Source: an uncultured Dehalococcoidaceae bacterium (GTDB lineage Bacteria > Chloroflexota > Dehalococcoidia > UBA2979). From it: DNA of 64,000 nucleotides. A program made the translations under genes and the position numbers. The notes below the pieces were generated by a model that had not been told where the DNA came from, did no database searches, and saw nothing but the letters and a program-made list of their open reading frames with translations. Shown piece by piece: positions 60,301-64,000 of this stretch (within the stretch, counting starts at the first letter, position 1; every line of letters begins with the position of its first letter). The DNA lies in the NCBI GenBank assembly GCA_964565075.1, contig CAZMCK010000003.1:35016-99015 (forward strand), written 5' to 3'.

Positions 60301-60554
60301 GTGGGCGTGGCGGTCGCGGTAGTTGTAGCCGTCGCGGTGGGCGTCGGCGTCGGCGTTGCAGTCGCCACCGTCGGGGCAGCCGTGGCGGTGGGCGTGGATG
60401 GTGGAGTCGGCTCGGGGTCGGGCGTGCATCCCAGCAGGGCGAGCGACACAAGCGCGGCGCACACGGCGACGAGGAATGACTTCAAGCCGGCACTCACCCG
60501 TCCCCCGCAACGCCGCCACGGCGAGCGCGCCGGGCCATTGTCACCGGCAACCAC
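57321..60554 (-). CDS. secreted/lipoprotein M16 (pitrilysin/insulinase) family zinc peptidase, double module
   Basis: Signal with LALLGC lipobox, about 115-aa Thr/Pro/Ala linker, HFLEHMAFNGT (HxxEH), and four M16 half-domains. A GTG at 60497 is an alternative start. Confidence 0.9.
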   Translation of the reverse strand: MVAGDNGPARSPWRRCGGRVSAGLKSFLVAVCAALVSLALLGCTPDPEPTPPSTPTATAAPTVATATPTPTPTATATTTATATPTPTATPAPTSTPTPTPTSTPTATPSPTPAPTATPAAETPTPQPSATPAPAVETPVPTPVPTATPGAEADADDDALPLDPRVDHGTLSNGLTYYVRHNQEPRGRAQLSLVVRAGSLLEEEEQRGLAHFLEHMAFNGTERFEKQQIIDYIESVGGTFGPDLNAYTSHDETVYWLEIPTDDPEIVETAFQILSDWAYAITLAPDEVELERGVIVEEWRLSQGFSSRFYDRLLPLLFGDSRYAERDPIGLLEVVENAPPERLREYYERWYRPDLMAVVAVGDFDPEVITAKIAQHFAPPPDGEATHPRAASAGPTERPSYGVPDNDEPIIDVFKDPEAPITQVALVRKVAPERGRNLVAFRQGMVDEIAFMMLNARLFERGQVADPPYLLSSTGRGPFAQPLDILTFTVLVEPQGVQRGFGALLEEIQRAAQHGFTESELARETVNLLSAIENVYLQRDQQESGQLAGAYRDHFLSGASVPGIEVEWDLYQLLLPTVSLGDVDAVADSWTAPGNTVLVVLGPEAIDPGADGALAAALEAQIEGADALVVEPYAETFDDVPLLPAIPTPGSIVEEEDIESIEATRWTLSNGITVIAKQTDFRNDEVSFSSSSPGGSSLVADEDYWSVVYAPTILSGSGVGAHDRVALDRLLAGKRVSVSPYIGELFEGLGGSASPEDLETLFQLITLYVTEPRFDSTYFSTLQAQLRTVLERRPTQPDAVFADRFNSLIGQDHFRRRQVTPEQAENLSLERAEALYRDRFADLGDATFVFVGAFDWAVLRDLTTTYLASLPAAGRVEEWRDLDIDPPPGIADEVVRRGIEPRSRTVWAFAGEAEWAGSDAMALHVAGEMLATRLRERVREQLGGTYSISASGSASLLPDHEYRFQIVFGSDPARVDELLAEIEVELDWLRAGGEQSYLDTVKEQLRTTREERLRDNGFWLGQIRSLAERGSPLSSVNEFDATLEGITLTDIAEIAQRYLPVDRYVRVVLLPEEDQPSE

Positions 60555-60718
60555 CTCACGCGCACGCGCACCCTGCGCGCGTCGGCCCGTCGGGCGTCTC
60601 GAGGGTGACCACGGTCATCGCGTCCCGGCAAGCCGTCGGCGCCGACCGGACGTGGCCCACCGACGCGAGGTCCGCGGGACGGCCCGCGTGGCGGGTGCAG
60701 AGCATTTATGTCATGTGA

Positions 60719-60793
60719 TGGTACCCTCGGCAGGATTCGAACCTGCGCACCCGGCTCCGGAGGCCGGTGCTCTATCCCCTGAGCTACGAGGGC
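60719..60793 (-). tRNA. tRNA-Arg (CCG)
   Basis: Reverse complement GCCCTCGTAGCTCAGGGGATAGAGCACCGGCCTCCGGAGCCGGGTGCGCAGGTTCGAATCCTGCCGAGGGTACCA, anticodon loop CTCCGGA, G1-U72 wobble. Confidence 0.93.
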
Positions 60794-60840
60794 GCGGACT
60801 CCAGTGTAGGGATGCCCGCTCCAGCCGGGCAACCGAGGCG

Positions 60841-62004
60841 CTACGCGAGCGACGCGTAGAACCCCGCCACGTCATCAGCGAAGAGCTGCGGCTGCTCCAG
60901 CGCGGCGAAATGGCCACCGCGCTCCATCTCGCTCCACCGCACGAGGTTGTAGGCGCGCTCGACCGCCGAGCGCGGCGGCGCCCACGGCTCGGCCGGGAAG
61001 CGTGCGAACGCCGTCGGCGTCTCGATGCGGTCCGGGCCGTCGTACGGGGGCTCCTCGTGACGCGCCTCGTAGTACGTGCGCGCCGCCGACAGCACCTTGC
61101 CGGTGAGCCAGTAGAGCGTGACGTTCGCCAGCACGTCATCGCGGTCGAACGTCTCCCACAGGTCGTCGCCGTGGTCGCTCCACGCATGGAACTTCTCGAG
61201 GATCCACGCGAGCAGTCCCACCGGCGAGTCGTTGAGCGCGTAGCCAAGCGTCTGCGGCTTCGTGCCCTGCAGCGCACCGTAGGCGCCCTCGCGCGTGCGC
61301 CACTCGGTCTGCTCGGCCCACCACTCCGCCTCCTCGGGCGACAGTTCGGCATCGTCGGCCGCGGGGCGCGGCAGCGGCGGGAAGTTCAGGTGCAGGCCGG
61401 CGACGGCGTCGGGGTGCGACTCGGCGAGGCGGCTGGCGATGATCGCGCCCCAGTCCCCTCCCTGCACGCCGTAGCGCTCGTAGCCGAGGGCGCCCATGAG
61501 CGCGTGCATGCGCTCGGCGATGCGGCCGGGGTGCATCCCCGGCTCAGGCGGCGCGTCCGAGAACCCGTAGCCGGGTAGCGACGGCACGACTACCTCGAAC
61601 GCCGGACCGCCGCCCGCGCCGCGCGAGAGCAGCTCGGCGGCCGGGATGAACTCGACGAACGAGCCGGGCCAGCCGTGCAGCAGCAGCAGCGGGAACGGCG
61701 CGACCGCGCCGGCATCGGGGCCGGGCGCGAACAGGAAGCAGTGCAGCTCACCCTCGGGGTCCCCGAGGGGGCCACGCAGCTGGGCGTGACGGTTGAGCCG
61801 CCGCTGCACCTCGAACCAGTCGAACTCGGTGCGCCAGTAGCGCACGAGGTTGCGCAACGCCGCGTCGTTCGTGCCTGCCGACCAGCCGGTGGCGAAGGGC
61901 ATCGCGGGCCAGCGGGTCGCGTCGATGCGGCGATGGAGGTCCGCGACGGCGCGCGTGCTGAACGCGATGCGGAACGGCAGCATCCGCATCTGCGCGGGGT
62001 TCAT
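60841..62004 (-). CDS. epoxide hydrolase (alpha/beta hydrolase with EHN N-terminal domain)
   Basis: FRIAFSTRAVADLHRRIDATRWP..LLLLHGWPGSFVEF..QGGDWGA. Confidence 0.88.
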   Translation of the reverse strand: MNPAQMRMLPFRIAFSTRAVADLHRRIDATRWPAMPFATGWSAGTNDAALRNLVRYWRTEFDWFEVQRRLNRHAQLRGPLGDPEGELHCFLFAPGPDAGAVAPFPLLLLHGWPGSFVEFIPAAELLSRGAGGGPAFEVVVPSLPGYGFSDAPPEPGMHPGRIAERMHALMGALGYERYGVQGGDWGAIIASRLAESHPDAVAGLHLNFPPLPRPAADDAELSPEEAEWWAEQTEWRTREGAYGALQGTKPQTLGYALNDSPVGLLAWILEKFHAWSDHGDDLWETFDRDDVLANVTLYWLTGKVLSAARTYYEARHEEPPYDGPDRIETPTAFARFPAEPWAPPRSAVERAYNLVRWSEMERGGHFAALEQPQLFADDVAGFYASLA

Positions 62005-62034
62005 GGGGCTCCCATCGACGCGCGAGCGGCGCTG

Positions 62035-62799
62035 CTAGCGGCCGTGGTAGACCGGCGTGCGCTTCTCGGCGAACGCGACGGCGGCCTCCTTCGTGTCCTC
62101 GAGGGCGTAGAGGTAGTCCTGCGCGTTCTTGAGCTCGACGGCGCTCTGGTACTGCGACAGGCGCGGCCGCGCCATCAGGAGTTGCTCCTTGGTGACCTGG
62201 ACGTGACGGGGCGGCAGCGCCGCGATCTCGTCGGCGATCTCGCGCGCGACGCGCATCACGTCGTCGCTCGGCACGACGTGGTTGGCGAGCCCGATCTCGT
62301 AGCAGCGCTGCGCGGTGATCTGGTGGCCGCGAATCAGGATCTCGCTGGCCGCGAGCCACGGCACGTTGTTGATGACGCCGAAGTTCGTCGGGCCGATGGT
62401 GCCCGTGGGCACCTCGGACATGGCGAACACGGCGTCGTCCGCCGCCACCACGATGTCCGAGTTGTAGGCGAGCGCCCAGCCCGCGCCCCACGCGCCGCCG
62501 CGTACCGCGCTGATCACGGGCTTCGTCGTGTACGGCGACGTGTTGCGACCGCGCGCGCCGGTCGTGTGGCCGCCGAGCTCGGCCTGCTCCTTGATGTCGC
62601 GGCCGGCGCAGAAGATGCGCCCGGCGCCCGTGAGGATGATGACGCGCACGTCGTCGTCGTGGATCGCGACATCCCAGGCGGCGATGAGGTCGTCGGCGAG
62701 CTCGCTGCCGACGGCGTTCAGCCGCTCGGGCCGGTTGAGCGTGATGGTGGCGACGTGGCCGTCCATCTCGTACTGCACGAACTGCAACTCACCTGCCAT
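62035..62799 (-). CDS. enoyl-CoA hydratase/isomerase (crotonase) family protein
   Basis: ATG after GGGAGG. ITLNRPERLNA..ILTGAGRIFCAGRDI..ISAVRGGAWGAGWALA. Confidence 0.9.
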   Translation of the reverse strand: MAGELQFVQYEMDGHVATITLNRPERLNAVGSELADDLIAAWDVAIHDDDVRVIILTGAGRIFCAGRDIKEQAELGGHTTGARGRNTSPYTTKPVISAVRGGAWGAGWALAYNSDIVVAADDAVFAMSEVPTGTIGPTNFGVINNVPWLAASEILIRGHQITAQRCYEIGLANHVVPSDDVMRVAREIADEIAALPPRHVQVTKEQLLMARPRLSQYQSAVELKNAQDYLYALEDTKEAAVAFAEKRTPVYHGR

Positions 62800-62871
62800 G
62801 ACGGGCCTCCCTCGCGGTCGCCCGCACACTAGCCGCCCGCCGCCCCGCCCCGCAACGAGCCCGCCGTGAGC

Positions 62872-64000
62872 TCAGTCCGCCGAGCGCCGCCGGTACTGGA
62901 TCGCCTCGGCGAGGTGTGCGCCGCTGATCGTCTCGCAGCCGGCGAGGTCGGCGATGGTGCGCGCCACGCGCAGCACGCGGTGGAACGCGCGCGCCGAGAG
63001 CCCGATCTGCTCCATCGCCGCCGACAGCAGCGGCTCGGCGTCGGCCTCGAGTTGCTGCTGGCAGAACTCGCGCACCTCGACGGGGCCCATCTCGGCGTTC
63101 GTGAGGTGGTCGGTCCCGGCCAGCCGGTCGCGCTGGACCTCGCGTGCTGCCTCGACGCGCTCGCGCACTGCCGCGCTCGGCTCGCCGGATGGCTCGCCGG
63201 AGAGCTCGTGGTACTCGACGCGCGGGACATCCATGAACAGGTCGAAGCGGTCGAGGAGTGGGCCGGAGACGCGTCGCTGGTACCGGGAGACCGTCGCCTC
63301 GTTGCAGGAGCACGAGCGGCGCGCGTCGCCGTAGTAGCCGCAGGGGCACGGGTTCATGGCGGCGATGAGCAGGATGCGCGCCGGGAACGTGAGCGAGCCG
63401 CGCGCCCGCGAGATGGTGACCGTGCCGCTCTCCAGCGGCTCGCGCAGCGCCTCGAGCGCCGCGCCCGGGTACTCCGGGAACTCGTCCAGGAACAGCACGC
63501 CGCGGTGCGCGAGCGAGATCTCGCCCGGCCGGATCGTGCTCCCCCCGCCCACGAGGCCCGCATGCGAGATGGTGTGGTGCGGCGCACGGAACGGCCGCTG
63601 CCGGACCAGCGCGCGGTCCTGCCCGACCAGCCCCGCAACCGAGTAGATCTTCGTCACGTCGAGCGCCTCGGCCGCGCTCAACTCGGGCAGGATGCCCGGC
63701 ACCGCGCGCGCGAGGAGCGTCTTCCCCGCGCCGGGCGGCCCCTGCAGCATCACGTTGTGGCTACCCGCCGCGGCCACCTCCAGCGCGCGCTTCACATGCT
63801 CCTGGCCGCGCACCACCGCGAGGTCGACCGCCGTGGGGTGCTCGGCGCGCTCGCGCTCCGGCTCGCAGTCGGCAAGCCACGTCGCGGGCTCCTCGCGCAC
63901 GTTCGAGAGCGTCTCGAGTGCGCGTACCTCGATGGTCTCGGCGAGCTGCGCCTCGGCGACGTCCTCGGGCGGCACGACCGCCGTCGCGATGCCCTCCTCG
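62872..64000 (-). CDS. yifB: YifB/ComM family Mg-chelatase-like AAA+ ATPase, N-terminus beyond window
   Basis: MLQGPPGAGKTLLA, VLFLDEFPE, the CPCGYYGD..CSC zinc motif and a C-terminal Mg_chelatase_C helix. The frame stays open to base 64000. Confidence 0.9.
   Translation of the reverse strand, partial: EEGIATAVVPPEDVAEAQLAETIEVRALETLSNVREEPATWLADCEPERERAEHPTAVDLAVVRGQEHVKRALEVAAAGSHNVMLQGPPGAGKTLLARAVPGILPELSAAEALDVTKIYSVAGLVGQDRALVRQRPFRAPHHTISHAGLVGGGSTIRPGEISLAHRGVLFLDEFPEYPGAALEALREPLESGTVTISRARGSLTFPARILLIAAMNPCPCGYYGDARRSCSCNEATVSRYQRRVSGPLLDRFDLFMDVPRVEYHELSGEPSGEPSAAVRERVEAAREVQRDRLAGTDHLTNAEMGPVEVREFCQQQLEADAEPLLSAAMEQIGLSARAFHRVLRVARTIADLAGCETISGAHLAEAIQYRRRSAD

Overview
High-GC (about 70% by eye) bacterial chromosomal window. 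It has strong GGAGG-type ribosome-binding sites and many 4-nt ATGA/GTGA start-stop overlaps. The gene content (RpoD with a long internal insert, PAC2, MMPL, LLM-type oxidoreductase, VapBC modules) points to Chloroflexota (Thermomicrobia-like) or Actinomycetota; I cannot settle this without a database search. Core content: dnaG-rpoD, mazG, pcrA, msrA, crcB, four tRNAs (Phe, Asn, Pro, Arg, all with encoded CCA), and a long pyrimidine cluster. That cluster runs PyrR leader/attenuator, pyrR-pyrB-pyrC-orf87-carA-GNAT-orf256-carB-HAD-chrA-pyrK-orf98, and pyrD follows further downstream. It is interrupted by a vapBC module and an opposite-strand NYN-mrp pair. After tRNA-Asn comes an accessory-looking stretch: PLP decarboxylase, a 1.4-kb stretch with no long credible ORF, a single-polypeptide histidine kinase/OmpR-type regulator, a frameshifted membrane gene, MarR, a methyltransferase, an NCS2-type permease with an extra C-terminal domain, MMPL, cupin and MaoC. 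Tandem paralogue pairs recur: two FmdB zinc ribbons, two unannotated 58-codon ORFs, two RHH antitoxins and two PaaI thioesterases. Most long antisense ORFs in the track are high-GC artefacts. I found no CRISPR array, rRNA, transposase or integrase. No recognisable complete novel multi-gene system stands out. The best candidates for follow-up are: (1) the twin 58-codon ORFs at 7268-7654, which are missing from the track; (2) the fused cytoplasmic HK-REC-wHTH protein with direct-repeat arrays upstream; (3) the translationally coupled non-pyr genes inside the pyr/car operon (orf87, mini-GNAT, a degenerate 2H-like orf256); (4) the duplicated RHH-PIN locus with an orphan antitoxin and a decayed toxin. 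All family calls come from motif recognition by eye, not from searches.
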